A program made the translations under genes and the position numbers. This document shows positions 22,108 through 32,458 of a stretch of 64,000 nucleotides of DNA, piece after piece. Origin of the DNA: Methanothermococcus sp. Ax23 (GTDB lineage: Archaea; AGJL01; Methanococci; Methanococcales; Methanococcaceae); assembly GCF_049075655.1 (NCBI RefSeq), contig NZ_CP157522.1, forward strand, positions 1,056,001 through 1,120,000, in the 5' to 3' direction. The notes below the pieces were generated by a model. That model did not search any database. It saw only the letters and a program-made list of their open reading frames with translations, and was not told where the DNA came from. How positions within the stretch are numbered: position 1 is the first letter of the stretch; each line of letters starts with the position of its first letter.

Positions 22108-22941
22108 TTGAACATAATTGATTATAATGATAATTTTATCGATTTCAAAAGGTCATTTAAAGAATTGGAACTTTCAAAAGAAACCATGGATATAATTAAT
22201 AATGAGAGTATGGATTTGAAAGATATAGTAATTGGGGAATTTTCAGGGAGGGACAGTGCCGCAGCAATAATAAAGGCGATGGAAAGTAATGATATAAATA
22301 TTGTTCTTCCAATAGTGGCATTTACTGGAACAGACTATGGGGACATGGATATATTTTATAAAAATTGGAAACTTTTAAACAAGAGAATCAATCAACTGTA
22401 TGAAAATAAAACTCTTTTGCCACTTCACTTCATGTTTGAGCCAAAACTTTGGAATGCATTGAATGGCAGGTTTGCAGTGATGATATCAAAGAAATACAAC
22501 TATTATACACCATGTATTGGATGCCATGCATATTTAAGGATTATACGAATTCCTATTGCAAAGCAATTGAGTGGAAAGATAATAAGTGGGGAGAGAATCC
22601 ACCACAACGAAGATTTTAAAATCGACCAGTTTAAAGAAGTTTTGGAGACATATCATAAACTATGTAGTGAGTTTGATGTAGAGCTCCTATTATCTGTAAA
22701 GGATGTAAAAGAAGGGGAAGAGATAAAAGAAATTATCGGCTACAAATGGGAGCAGGGGAAAAATCAATTTTCATGCGTATTCAGCGGAAATTACCGGGAT
22801 AAGGATGGGAAGGTTATTTTTGATAAAGAAAATATATTGGGCATATTGAATGAATTTATATATCCATCATCAGTTGAGATTTTAAAAAAAGGTTATGAAG
22901 GGGATTTTAGATATATTGAGATTGTAAAAAACTTTATTTAA
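22108..22941 (+). CDS. PP-loop-like adenine-nucleotide alpha hydrolase family protein
   Basis: EFSGRDSAAA (SGxDS) and PCIGCH. Confidence 0.6.
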   Translation: MNIIDYNDNFIDFKRSFKELELSKETMDIINNESMDLKDIVIGEFSGRDSAAAIIKAMESNDINIVLPIVAFTGTDYGDMDIFYKNWKLLNKRINQLYENKTLLPLHFMFEPKLWNALNGRFAVMISKKYNYYTPCIGCHAYLRIIRIPIAKQLSGKIISGERIHHNEDFKIDQFKEVLETYHKLCSEFDVELLLSVKDVKEGEEIKEIIGYKWEQGKNQFSCVFSGNYRDKDGKVIFDKENILGILNEFIYPSSVEILKKGYEGDFRYIEIVKNFI

Positions 22942-23006
22942 GTATTTATTATTTAGTATGTGTTGTTTTATATTTATTTGCATTATTTTTTAATTTTGGT
23001 GATATT

Positions 23007-24305
23007 ATGAGAACCATTTTGATACTTCTTGATGGGTTGGGTGATAGGAGCTCGGAAATTTTAGGGGGAAAAACACCACTTGAATATTCCGAAACTCCAA
23101 ATTTGGATAAGCTTGCGGAAAAAGGAATGACTGGACTAATGGTCCCATATAGGGAAGGCATTCCATTGGGGACAGAGATTGCCCATTTTTTACTGTGGGG
23201 GTATTCCATTGAGGACTTTCCTGGAAGGGGTGTTATTGAAGCACTTGGGGAAGATATGGTGATGGAGGATAATGCTATTTATTTAAGGGCATCCCTTGGA
23301 TTTGTAAAATCTGATGAAAAGGGATATTATGTGATGGACCGGAGAACAAAAAACATATCCGAAGGAGAAATAAAAAAACTAATCAATTCACTTCCAAATT
23401 TTGTTGATGGCTATGAATTTGAATTAAAGTATTCTTATGATGTGCATTTTATATTAAAAATAAAAGAGGAAAATGGATGGATTTCAGATAAAATTTCTGA
23501 TTCCGACCCGTTCTACAAAGATAGGCATGTAATGAAGGTATCTCCTGTAAAGGAATTATGTAAAAATGACATGGAATATAGAAAAGCAGAAAGCACATGC
23601 AATGCATTAAATAAATATCTGCTAAAATGTCATAAAATCCTTGAAAACCACGATATAAATATTAAGAGAAGGAGGAAACAAAAACAACCTGCAAACTTTC
23701 TGCTGACAAAATGGGCTGGGAAATATGAGGATGATATTCCATCATTTAAAGAAAAATGGGGGATGAATGGAATTATTATAGCAAATAGTGCTGTTTTTAA
23801 AGGACTATCAAAACTTTTGAAAATGGATTACATGGCTATTGAGGACTTTGAAACTGCGGTAAATACTGGAATAAAGTTAATGGATTATGATTTTATCCAC
23901 ATTCATACAAAAGAAACAGATGAAGCTGCACACACAAAAAATCCTATGAATAAGGTTAAAGTAATTGAAAAGATTGATAAATATTTAGCCCCACTTTTAA
24001 ACATTAATTTGGATGAAAATTTAGTAGTAATTACCGCCGACCACTCAACACCTTCTGTTGGAAGTCTTATTCATTCGGGGGAAAGCGTTCCCATAGTGGT
24101 TGTTGGAAAAAATATCCGATTTGATGATGTTAAAGAATTTAACGAAAGAGTATGCTCAAAAGGTCATTTAAGGATATTTTCAAAAGATTTGATGAATGTT
24201 ATTTTGAACTATACTGACAGAGCTCTGCTTTATGGTTTGAGAAGTGGGAGCTCTATTTTAAGATATATTCCAAATGATGATGATATTGAGCATTTAAAAG
24301 AATAA
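23007..24305 (+). CDS. Cofactor-independent phosphoglycerate mutase-like protein (AlkP superfamily)
   Basis: LLDGLGDR, TPNLD, GRGVIEALG, DEAAH, TADHSTP. Confidence 0.85.
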   Translation: MRTILILLDGLGDRSSEILGGKTPLEYSETPNLDKLAEKGMTGLMVPYREGIPLGTEIAHFLLWGYSIEDFPGRGVIEALGEDMVMEDNAIYLRASLGFVKSDEKGYYVMDRRTKNISEGEIKKLINSLPNFVDGYEFELKYSYDVHFILKIKEENGWISDKISDSDPFYKDRHVMKVSPVKELCKNDMEYRKAESTCNALNKYLLKCHKILENHDINIKRRRKQKQPANFLLTKWAGKYEDDIPSFKEKWGMNGIIIANSAVFKGLSKLLKMDYMAIEDFETAVNTGIKLMDYDFIHIHTKETDEAAHTKNPMNKVKVIEKIDKYLAPLLNINLDENLVVITADHSTPSVGSLIHSGESVPIVVVGKNIRFDDVKEFNERVCSKGHLRIFSKDLMNVILNYTDRALLYGLRSGSSILRYIPNDDDIEHLKE

Positions 24306-24316
24306 TAAGTGAAAAA

Positions 24317-24889
24317 ATGCCCAATGCATATGCCCATTTGGTTTTTGGAAAATTATTTTTGGAAAATCATAAAATCACAGATTTTAATATCGCAAATAAT
24401 AAAAAAATAATAAATAGTATTGATTTGGACAACTTTTATTTTGGCTGTGTGATTCCAGATATAAACCATATTTCTAAATTAGAGAGAAGGATTACTCATT
24501 TTTATGACAATAATGTTTTTGAATTCTTCGAACCAAAAAATAGTGTAGAATATTCCTTTTGTTTGGGGTATGATATACACATAAAAATTGATAACTTATG
24601 GAAATACAACATACGATTAAAATACAACATACCTCTTGAAGAAAATTTGAAAATATACAACTATCTTGATTATTTTTTGAAAAAAGAATATGGGGTTGAT
24701 TATAACTATTTTAAAGACCATATTTTTAGGGGCAATTGTGATTTGCTGAAAGAATTAAATATAAACAAAAAATTATGCGAAGAATGGAAAAAAAGATGTA
24801 TAAATGATAAAATTGAACTTGAAAACAAAAATAATAAAAATAATGCCTATGAAAAACTGATAAAAGAGTTTTTAAATATTCTGGGTTAA
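24317..24889 (+). CDS. Zinc-dependent phospholipase C/P1-like hydrolase
   Basis: N-terminal MP...H, FYFG...PD, THF, GYxxHxxxD. Confidence 0.6.
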   Translation: MPNAYAHLVFGKLFLENHKITDFNIANNKKIINSIDLDNFYFGCVIPDINHISKLERRITHFYDNNVFEFFEPKNSVEYSFCLGYDIHIKIDNLWKYNIRLKYNIPLEENLKIYNYLDYFLKKEYGVDYNYFKDHIFRGNCDLLKELNINKKLCEEWKKRCINDKIELENKNNKNNAYEKLIKEFLNILG

Positions 24890-25861
24890 TTTTAAAATAC
24901 TATCTTTTTTAATATTAAATGAAACCTCATCCCCTTCTTTTAACATCATTTTTGTATTATGAATTTCAGAAATTAATATATTATCCCTATATTTTATGGC
25001 ATATCTCACAAGGTTGCCAAGATATTCAATATCTACTATTTTTCCAGTAAAATCTCCCTTTCCCACAGTTATATTCTCGGGTCTCACAAAATATTTATAT
25101 TCCTTATCATAGGGCATATTTAAATAAGTTAGAATATTTTTTGGAACCTCATTTATATTTCCTATAAAGTTTGCGATGAATTCTGTTTTTGGGCAGGCAT
25201 ATATATTTTCGGGCATATCCAACTGTTCAATTTTGCCGTTATTCATAACCCCTATTCTATCGGATATTGCCAATGCCTCCTCCTGGTCATGCGTAACATA
25301 TATGGAAGGTATATTTAAGTCCCTTTGAAGTTTTTTTAACTCTTTCCTCATCTTTATTCTCAATTTTGCATCTAAATTGCTAAGGGGTTCGTCAAGTAGT
25401 AATACTTCTGGTTCGATTACCAATGCCCGAGCTACTGCCACCCTTTGCTGCATCCCACCGCTTAACTCATTTATATTGTAATTCTCAAATCCTTCTAAAT
25501 TAACCATATTCAATGCATCTTTAACCTTTTCTTTTATCTCATTCTTTTTTAATTTTTTTATTTTTAAACCATAGGCTACGTTTTCATAAACGTTTAGATG
25601 GGGAAAAAGTGCGTAGTTTTGAAACACCATGCCTATATTTCTCTTATTTGGTGGAATGTTAGTAATATCCTTCCCATTTAAAAAAATCTTCCCATTATCG
25701 GGCATTTCAAAACCTGCTATTGTCCTTAGGCAGGTGGTCTTCCCACACCCACTTGGTCCCAGTAATGAGATGAGCTCATTTTCACATTCAAAATTTATGT
25801 TGTCCAAAATTTTTATGTTGGAATATGACTTTGATACATTGGCGAGTTTTAGAATTGCCAT
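24872..25861 (-). CDS. ABC transporter ATP-binding protein (PotA/FbpC-like)
   Basis: GPSGCGKT, LSGGMQQR, LLDEP. Confidence 0.95.
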   Translation of the reverse strand: MAILKLANVSKSYSNIKILDNINFECENELISLLGPSGCGKTTCLRTIAGFEMPDNGKIFLNGKDITNIPPNKRNIGMVFQNYALFPHLNVYENVAYGLKIKKLKKNEIKEKVKDALNMVNLEGFENYNINELSGGMQQRVAVARALVIEPEVLLLDEPLSNLDAKLRIKMRKELKKLQRDLNIPSIYVTHDQEEALAISDRIGVMNNGKIEQLDMPENIYACPKTEFIANFIGNINEVPKNILTYLNMPYDKEYKYFVRPENITVGKGDFTGKIVDIEYLGNLVRYAIKYRDNILISEIHNTKMMLKEGDEVSFNIKKDSILKLTQNI

Positions 25862-25920
25862 TTTATCACCTTATTAAAATTAGATTTGATTTATGAGGTG
25901 TATTTTTATGGAGCATGGCA

Positions 25921-27549
25921 TTAATCAGCAATAAAATTTTTACCTTTTAGCTTCCAGATTAATAGCACACCAACAACTGACAAAATTATCATCATTAGGG
26001 AATAACAGGCTGCAACTCCAAATTCATCGTTAATTGTAGCTTCAAACACCATGGCAGACAAAACCTTTGTGTTTGCAGTTATAAGGAATATAATTGAACC
26101 CAAAGTTTTTACCGTGGCAATAAATGTATATATCATGCTGAAAATTATTGCAGGCTTTAACATAGGCAAAACAATCTTATAAAATGTTTTTAATTTGTCT
26201 GCACCTAAATTAAGAGATGCTTCTTCTATGGATTTTTCTATTTGAGAAAGTGTGGTATATCCAGTTTTATATGAAAACGGAAGTTTTCTAACAACACAAT
26301 TTAAAATAATAATTAAAGATGTCCCAGTCAATAACAGGGGTTGAGTATTGAAAGCCAGTAGATAGCCAATACCCATAAATGTTCCCGGAATGGCAAAAGG
26401 AAGTAATATTATTAAATCCAGCATTTTTCGCCCAAAAAATCTATCTCTTACAATCATATATGCAAAAACCATGCCCATCAATCCAACCAATATACTTGAT
26501 GATAGTGCAAATATTACGGTATTTTTTAATGCAGGCATGCCCTTCTGTAATGCTTCTATAAGATAATTCAACGTGAATGTGTAGTTGTATCCAAAACTCT
26601 TTGTAAATGCGGCTAGAAATACCGCTGAAAATAACATACAAACTACAACGGCAAAAACCATAGGTGGTAGAGATAGTAATAGTTTGTATCTCCCCTTTAT
26701 TGAATAAGGTTTTATTTTCATGGTTTTTTGACCATGCTCTTTGTAAAGTCTGTTGTATAATGCAAACAATATTAAAGAAGGTATTAACAAGATTACGCTC
26801 AATGTTGAAGCCATGGCCGTATTAAAGTTGCCTATTATTTCAAAATAAGAAGCTGTTGCAAGGGTGTTGAAATTTCCACCAACTATAATGGGAGTTCCAA
26901 AATCTGCCATAGAGCTCATAAATATTAAAAGCCCAGCACTTAATATTCCCGGGAGAAGTAGGGGAAATGTGATATTTTTGAAAACCTTAAATTCGTTGGA
27001 ACCTAAATTTCTAGCGGCGTCTTCTAAATTGGAAGATATGCCCAGCAAAACAGCGGATATTATTAAAAATGCCGTGGTGGTATAATCAATTGATTGAAGA
27101 ATAACTACACTTTTCCAGCCGTATATGTTTGGTTCCAATCCCAAAAGCCCGTAGGTTATTAATCCATGCCTTCCAAATAGAAATACATAAGCCAGTGAAT
27201 CTATAAATCCGGGGGTAATTATTGGGAGCAATACGGCAATTTTTAAAAAAATCTTTCCTTTAATATCTGTTTTAAAAATAAGCAATGAAAACAATAATCC
27301 CATAAATAATGATAATGTAGTCGATAAACATGCTACCATTAAACTGTTTTTTAAAATACTGTAATAGTATGGGTTTTTAATAAATTCTATGTAGTTTCTT
27401 AATGTAAATCCGTCATCATAAAATGACTGTATAAGAACGGAGGATATGGGAAATGCCACAAATATTAATAAAAAAATAAATCCTATCAGATGGGACAAAT
27501 ATTTTGTAAATTTTATACTTGCCATCTTTTCGAATCTTTTGTAATCCAT
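25921..27549 (-). CDS. ABC transporter permease (FbpB/ThiP-like, two TM modules)
   Basis: Two EAA loops (LEDAARNLG, IEEASLNLGA); DFGTP. Confidence 0.92.
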   Translation of the reverse strand: MDYKRFEKMASIKFTKYLSHLIGFIFLLIFVAFPISSVLIQSFYDDGFTLRNYIEFIKNPYYYSILKNSLMVACLSTTLSLFMGLLFSLLIFKTDIKGKIFLKIAVLLPIITPGFIDSLAYVFLFGRHGLITYGLLGLEPNIYGWKSVVILQSIDYTTTAFLIISAVLLGISSNLEDAARNLGSNEFKVFKNITFPLLLPGILSAGLLIFMSSMADFGTPIIVGGNFNTLATASYFEIIGNFNTAMASTLSVILLIPSLILFALYNRLYKEHGQKTMKIKPYSIKGRYKLLLSLPPMVFAVVVCMLFSAVFLAAFTKSFGYNYTFTLNYLIEALQKGMPALKNTVIFALSSSILVGLMGMVFAYMIVRDRFFGRKMLDLIILLPFAIPGTFMGIGYLLAFNTQPLLLTGTSLIIILNCVVRKLPFSYKTGYTTLSQIEKSIEEASLNLGADKLKTFYKIVLPMLKPAIIFSMIYTFIATVKTLGSIIFLITANTKVLSAMVFEATINDEFGVAACYSLMMIILSVVGVLLIWKLKGKNFIAD

Positions 27550-27867
27550 ACAAACACCAAAAAAGTATTAGTATATTAATATAGAGAGAGTGGTAGATAT
27601 GATAATTATGAATTAAGGTGTTATTTTGTTATTATTGATTGATATCTATTTTTCCACTCATTTAAAACTTCATCCCTATGCTCTCCCCAATATACAAAGT
27701 CCATGTCTATGAAATCTAATTCACTAGGATTTGGAACTCCTTCAAGGGTTTTTATATCACTTCTTACGGGAACTCTTGGACTTGCATTCATTAAAACTTC
27801 TTGCCCTCTTTTTGACAATACCCAATCCACAAATTTCTTTGCATTGTTTGGATGTTTGCAGTCTTTA

Positions 27868-29022
27868 CTGACAGTGTGAATTAACAATACCATCTTTAAA
27901 ATCAAAAAATAGAAATAGGTAGTAGTTAAATATCTCATTAAAAAACGGTGAATTCAGCATGCTAAAGACATTAAGTAATATGCTCACTAATTCTATAAAT
28001 AGTTTAGGATTTAACTGTTCGGAAGAATTATCTAAGTTTGCATTGGTTAGAACGTTAACGCCGATAAAAACTATTAAAGCATTTTCAGAAAGTATTTCAA
28101 AAATCCACAGAACAACTATCGTTAAAAACTTGCAAAAACTCTTCGAAGAAGAGTTTTACTTATACGCTCAATTATTAAACCTTCCCGACATTTTGAATGA
28201 CAATAGATTTAAATACGCTGCAATAATCGATTCAACATTATTAAGAAGATGGAGTGAAAACATTTATGGTTGTAGTATTAGATACAATTACATCGAAAAT
28301 CATAGCAAACTATATCAAGAGCAAATAAACTGCTGTATCTATCACAAAAAAAAGGGCTTTATACTATTCACACTACGATAAAACCACTCGACAAAAAATC
28401 CACAAACATATTTATTGAAATCATTGAATTTTTATCTCAAACTAACATCAGGACGGTTATAGGGGACAGTTTTATCACAACAAAGAAAATTCTAAAGGTA
28501 TGTAAGGAATTGGGAATCGAATACATTGGCAAACTTAGGAAAAACATTATAATCGAGTTTTTCAGTAAGAAGGTTAAAGTGGAAGAATTGTTCGAAAAGG
28601 ATTTTCAAAAAAGAAAGTTCAAATTAAGGACGATTAATGGAATAGAGTTCAAATTATCCGATAGGATTGTGAATATTCCAAATGTTGGCAAGGTTAAAAT
28701 CGTTGCTGTGCAAATGGAAAATCAGAAAAAACCTAAGTATTTAGTCTCTACAAACTATAAAAAGAAGGCGGAGAACATTATAATCGAGTATATGAAGAGA
28801 CCAAAGATAGAAGAAAAACATAAAAGGGATAAATCGATTTTAGAAGTTGAAGGGAATTACATAACTTCTGAAAAGAGTAATATTGGATTCATTAGATTTA
28901 TGGCGGTAGTATCAAACTGCATCGAATACTTAAGCTACAACTATGGATTATCGTTTTATGAAATCGTTAAAAAGTGTGGTAAAGAACTAATAAAGAAAGG
29001 AATATCATAATCACACTGTCAG
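27868..29022 (+). mobile_element. DDE insertion sequence (IS701/IS4/ISH3-like), 1155 bp
   Basis: TIR CTGACAGTGTGA at both ends; 7-bp TSD GTCTTTA at 27861-27867 and 29023-29029. Confidence 0.93.
27959..29010 (+). CDS. Transposase, probable -1 programmed frameshift at A AAA AAG (28346-28354)
   Basis: IIDST in ORF1; IGDS and RPKIEE in the -1 frame, which is open from the slippery site. Confidence 0.8.
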
Positions 29023-30011
29023 GTCTTTAACTATTGCAACTGGTGAAGGCCACCAAACCACTTTATCAAGATATACTGATTTTATTGGTGCATTAGGATT
29101 TTTCATTTGAGCAATATGTGGGTCAGGAGATACTCCAAAAGTATATTCTCCTGAAATAACAACATTACCGGGTCCAGAACCTCTTTTTGTTAAAAAGGGG
29201 GTATTTTCATAAAATTTATCAAGGTATTTCCAACCTTCATCTTTTCCTTTCATTTGGAGTATTCCGCATATTGTGAAATATGCTGTTCCAGATATTGTTG
29301 GATTTGATGCTATGAGTTCCCCCTTATATTCTGGTTTTATCAAATCATCCCATGTTTTTGGTTCTGGAAGATTTTTATCTTTGAGTAATTTGGTGTTTTC
29401 CAAAACTCCAATTGTAACAAGGGATACGCCAGTCCAGTAATGCTCTTTATCTACAAATTTACTATCTATATACTTTGCATTTGGAGATTTATAAGGCATC
29501 AATAAACCTTCATTTTTAGCCTTTATGAAGGCATCAATACCCCCACCGAACCATACATCACATGAAGGATTGTTTTTTTCTGCCATAAGTCGAGATAACG
29601 CTTCTCCTGATGACATCGAAACATAATTTACTTTTATGCCAGTATCTTTTTCAAATTCTTTTGCAATTGTATCCAATCCACCGTAGGCAGCATAGATATT
29701 GATAACCTTTTCTTCTGTTGGATTACTTTTTGATGGTGTGGATGTAGAGCTCTGGTCATTAATACATCCGCAGACACTCAAAGACAAAATTATCCCAAGT
29801 ATGGCAAGAATAGGCACGTATTTTTTCACAATTTCACCTTATTTACTGATGTATGGTGTGTTCTTAATTGAGATTAATATTTATAATTTATTATTTAGAT
29901 TTTTTAATGGCATGAGGTTTATGTGAGCTCATATCAAAAATAATATATACTAAAATGGGAATAATTATATTGTAAATAATAAAAGAATTAAAATAAAAAA
30001 GAGGGGAAACT

Positions 30012-30326
30012 ATGAAAAATGAAGTCTTTGTAGGAGAAGGAATGAAGTATGTTAAAGAAGATTGTCCAGACATATATGAGGCAATTGTTAAATTAAACAA
30101 CGCGGTATATTCTGGAAAGGTCTTGGATTACAAAACCCAAAAGTTGATAGCAATCGGCATTGCAGCATCAACAGGAGATGAAAAAGCAACTAAAAAACAG
30201 ATGAAAAGTGGAATGGCTGAGCTCGGTATTACAAAAGAGGAAATATGTGATGTATTAAGAGTAGTATTATTAACATCAGGTATGCCTGCATTCACAAAAG
30301 CTATAAAAATATTGTATGAGCTATAA
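30012..30326 (+). CDS. Carboxymuconolactone decarboxylase (CMD/AhpD-like) family protein
   Basis: LDYKTQKLIAIGIAA, GITKEEI, GMPA. Confidence 0.85.
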   Translation: MKNEVFVGEGMKYVKEDCPDIYEAIVKLNNAVYSGKVLDYKTQKLIAIGIAASTGDEKATKKQMKSGMAELGITKEEICDVLRVVLLTSGMPAFTKAIKILYEL

Positions 30327-30442
30327 TCGCATTATTTCTTAATTATTTGACGAAATTCGAAGGGTCAAATATTTATGAAATATACTACATATATATTTGT
30401 ATAATTTGTTTAATACATTTAGCAACAAAAGTAAGGGGTAGT

Positions 30443-30799
30443 ATGAGTTGTATTGATGCAAAAACCATGGTAGAAGGAACTGATTTTGAGAAAAAACATA
30501 CTCCAATGATTGAGTGTAATGATGTAGTTAAAGCAGGGGAAATTTTTGAAGTTAAAATTCACACCGCGGGGGTTGAACATCCAATGGAGGATGGACACTT
30601 TATCCAATTTATAGGACTTAGGATAGGGGATATTCCTTTGGCAAGAGCTGATTTAACGCAGTATGCTAAACCAGAGGTGGCATTTCATATAAAAGCTCCA
30701 TCTGAAGGTCATGAAGGCACTGTCATGAAATTAACTGCATTTATGTACTGTAATTTGCATGGAATTTGGAAGTATGAAAAAGAGGTAAAAATAGAATAA
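30443..30799 (+). CDS. sor: Superoxide reductase (neelaredoxin type)
   Basis: EKKHTP, HPMEDGHFIQFI, YCNLHGIW. Confidence 0.93.
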   Translation: MSCIDAKTMVEGTDFEKKHTPMIECNDVVKAGEIFEVKIHTAGVEHPMEDGHFIQFIGLRIGDIPLARADLTQYAKPEVAFHIKAPSEGHEGTVMKLTAFMYCNLHGIWKYEKEVKIE

Positions 30800-30899
30800 C
30801 ACCAATATGGGATATTTCAAGAAGGACATAAGAGAATCTCCATAAATAATGAAAATAAAAAAATAAAAAAATAATATTAAAAATAAAAATAAAAATAAA

Positions 30900-31050
30900 A
30901 AATCGATGATACTATCCGCTAAAAATCTCTTTGAGATTTTTAGACTAGTATCATCTAAAAAAAGAGAAATCGGTGATACTATCAGATGAATTTCACAGAA
31001 TGAAATTCATTACTAGTATCATCTAAAAAAAGAGAAATCGGTGATACTAT
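30900..31050 (+). repeat. Mini-array: 39-bp direct repeats separated by distinct 28-29 nt hairpins
   Basis: ACTAGTATCATCTAAAAAAAGAGAAATCGGTGATACTAT at 30944-30982 and 31012-31050; partial copy at 30900-30915. Confidence 0.9.
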
Positions 31051-31204
31051 GGCAAAATATCAATGTATGTGTGGATGGATATATGATGAAAATGTTGGAG
31101 AGCCTTCTCAAAATATAGCACCAAATACCAAGTTTGAAGATTTGCCAGATACATTTAAATGCCCTCAGTGTGGTTTGGGAAAAAACGCATTCAAAAAAAT
31201 TTAA
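31049..31204 (+). CDS. Rubredoxin (51 aa; not in the ORF track)
   Basis: MAKYQCMCGWIYDE...FEDLPDTFKCPQCG; GGTGA RBS. Confidence 0.93.
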   Translation: MAKYQCMCGWIYDENVGEPSQNIAPNTKFEDLPDTFKCPQCGLGKNAFKKI

Positions 31205-31236
31205 TCCTTTAATATTTTTATAAAAGAGGTGGAAAT

Positions 31237-31494
31237 ATGTTAATTGAAGTAATCACTTCCCCACAATGCCCTCACTGTCCTGCTGCTAAAAGAGTAGTTG
31301 AAGAAGTTGTAAAAAAGGTAAGCTGTGATGACATTGAAGTAAAATATATCGATGCAACAGAAGACCCTGGAACTGTGGAAAAATACAGCATAATGGCAGT
31401 TCCAGCTATCGTCGTAGATGGGGAGGTAGCATTTGTAGGAGCTCCTTCAAGTGAGCAACTTGAAAACTACCTGAGAGAAAAATTGAATAGGTGA
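31237..31494 (+). CDS. Thioredoxin/glutaredoxin-like protein
   Basis: CPHC and AVP motifs. Confidence 0.92.
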   Translation: MLIEVITSPQCPHCPAAKRVVEEVVKKVSCDDIEVKYIDATEDPGTVEKYSIMAVPAIVVDGEVAFVGAPSSEQLENYLREKLNR

Positions 31495-31503
31495 ATTATA
31501 TCC

Positions 31504-32016
31504 ATGATTAAGGACAAAATGCTAAAAGCTTTAAACGAACAGATAAATAAAGAGCTCTTTTCGGCATATCTCTACTTATCCATGTCTGCTTATGCCGAAT
31601 CCATAGGATTAAAAGGATTTGCTCAGTGGCTCAAAGTTCAATATCAAGAGGAGCTCGACCACGCCATGAAATTCTATACTTATGTGATAGAACGGGGAGG
31701 AAAAGTAGAATTGGAGTCCATCGATAAGCCAAAAAATGAATGGTCATCAATATTAGAAGTTTTTGAAGACGGATACGAGCATGAGCAGTTTATATCAGAA
31801 TCCATCAATAATCTAATGGATTTAGCAGTTTCTGAAAAGGATTATGCTACAATGAATATGCTTCAATGGTTCATAAATGAGCAGGTTGAGGAGGAATCTT
31901 CATTCTTGGAAATTGTGGATAAATTAAAGCTATTGGATGGAGACAAAAGAGGCTTATTCATGCTCGACAAAGATTTGGGTCAAAGAACCTATGTTCCATT
32001 AATTACTCAAAATTAA
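31504..32016 (+). CDS. Non-heme ferritin
   Basis: LNEQINKE, EELDHAMK, EQVEEE. Confidence 0.95.
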   Translation: MIKDKMLKALNEQINKELFSAYLYLSMSAYAESIGLKGFAQWLKVQYQEELDHAMKFYTYVIERGGKVELESIDKPKNEWSSILEVFEDGYEHEQFISESINNLMDLAVSEKDYATMNMLQWFINEQVEEESSFLEIVDKLKLLDGDKRGLFMLDKDLGQRTYVPLITQN

Positions 32017-32047
32017 GTGAATATTCTAAAAATATAGGTGATACTAC

Positions 32048-32233
32048 ATGGTATGGTGGAAATGTTCCAACTGTGGATATTTATTTGAGGCTGACACAGT
32101 GCCTGAAAAATGCCCAAATTGTGGCGAAATTTGCACTTTTTATGATGTAACCTGTTATACACCAGACTGCGGATGTCAAGGTTATGACCCAAAATTAGTT
32201 GCAAGGTCGCCAAATGAAGAAAGCAGACTTTAA
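32048..32233 (+). CDS. Small rubredoxin-like Cys-rich protein
   Basis: WKCSNCGY...CPNCG...[14 protein letters not shown]. Confidence 0.85.
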   Translation: MVWWKCSNCGYLFEADTVPEKCPNCGEICTFYDVTCYTPDCGCQGYDPKLVARSPNEESRL

Positions 32234-32258
32234 ACTTAAATGGGGGTTAAATTTAATT

Positions 32259-32400
32259 ATTAGACGAAAACTTCGGTTTTCGTTGCTATATGCTTATTCG
32301 GAGCTCTGATTGAACTCCTTTGGATTTTGTAGCATCGAACCGAGGGTTCGAAATTAAAATTGTGAAGCAATTTTATATTCTACGCTCCTTCGGAGCTCCG
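32259..32400. repeat. Intergenic cluster of short hairpin modules
   Basis: ATTAGACGAAAACTTCGGTTTTCGTTGC (1-nt indel versus the tnpB insert), TCGAACC-GAG-GGTTCGA, TAAAATTG...CAATTTTA, GCTCC-TTC-GGAGC. Confidence 0.8.
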
Positions 32401-32458
32401 ATAACATAAATTAACACCTTAATAAATATATTAATCAACAAATGGGAGAGGGTAAAAT

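Larger units (their letters stand above)
27621..29829 (-). pseudogene. ABC substrate-binding lipoprotein interrupted by an IS
   Basis: CGC lipobox; removing the IS and one TSD restores AIVKDCKHPNNAKKFVDW in frame. Confidence 0.9.

Noticed and set aside
30344-30371. TATTTGAC...GTCAAATA inverted repeat upstream of sor
   Set aside because: Could be an operator, a terminator or a decayed hairpin module; cannot be distinguished from sequence alone.
30900-31050. Calling the mini-array a true CRISPR
   Set aside because: Only 2.5 repeats, palindromic spacers, the repeat contains a gene's RBS, no ATTGAAA(C/G) end and no cas genes in the window.
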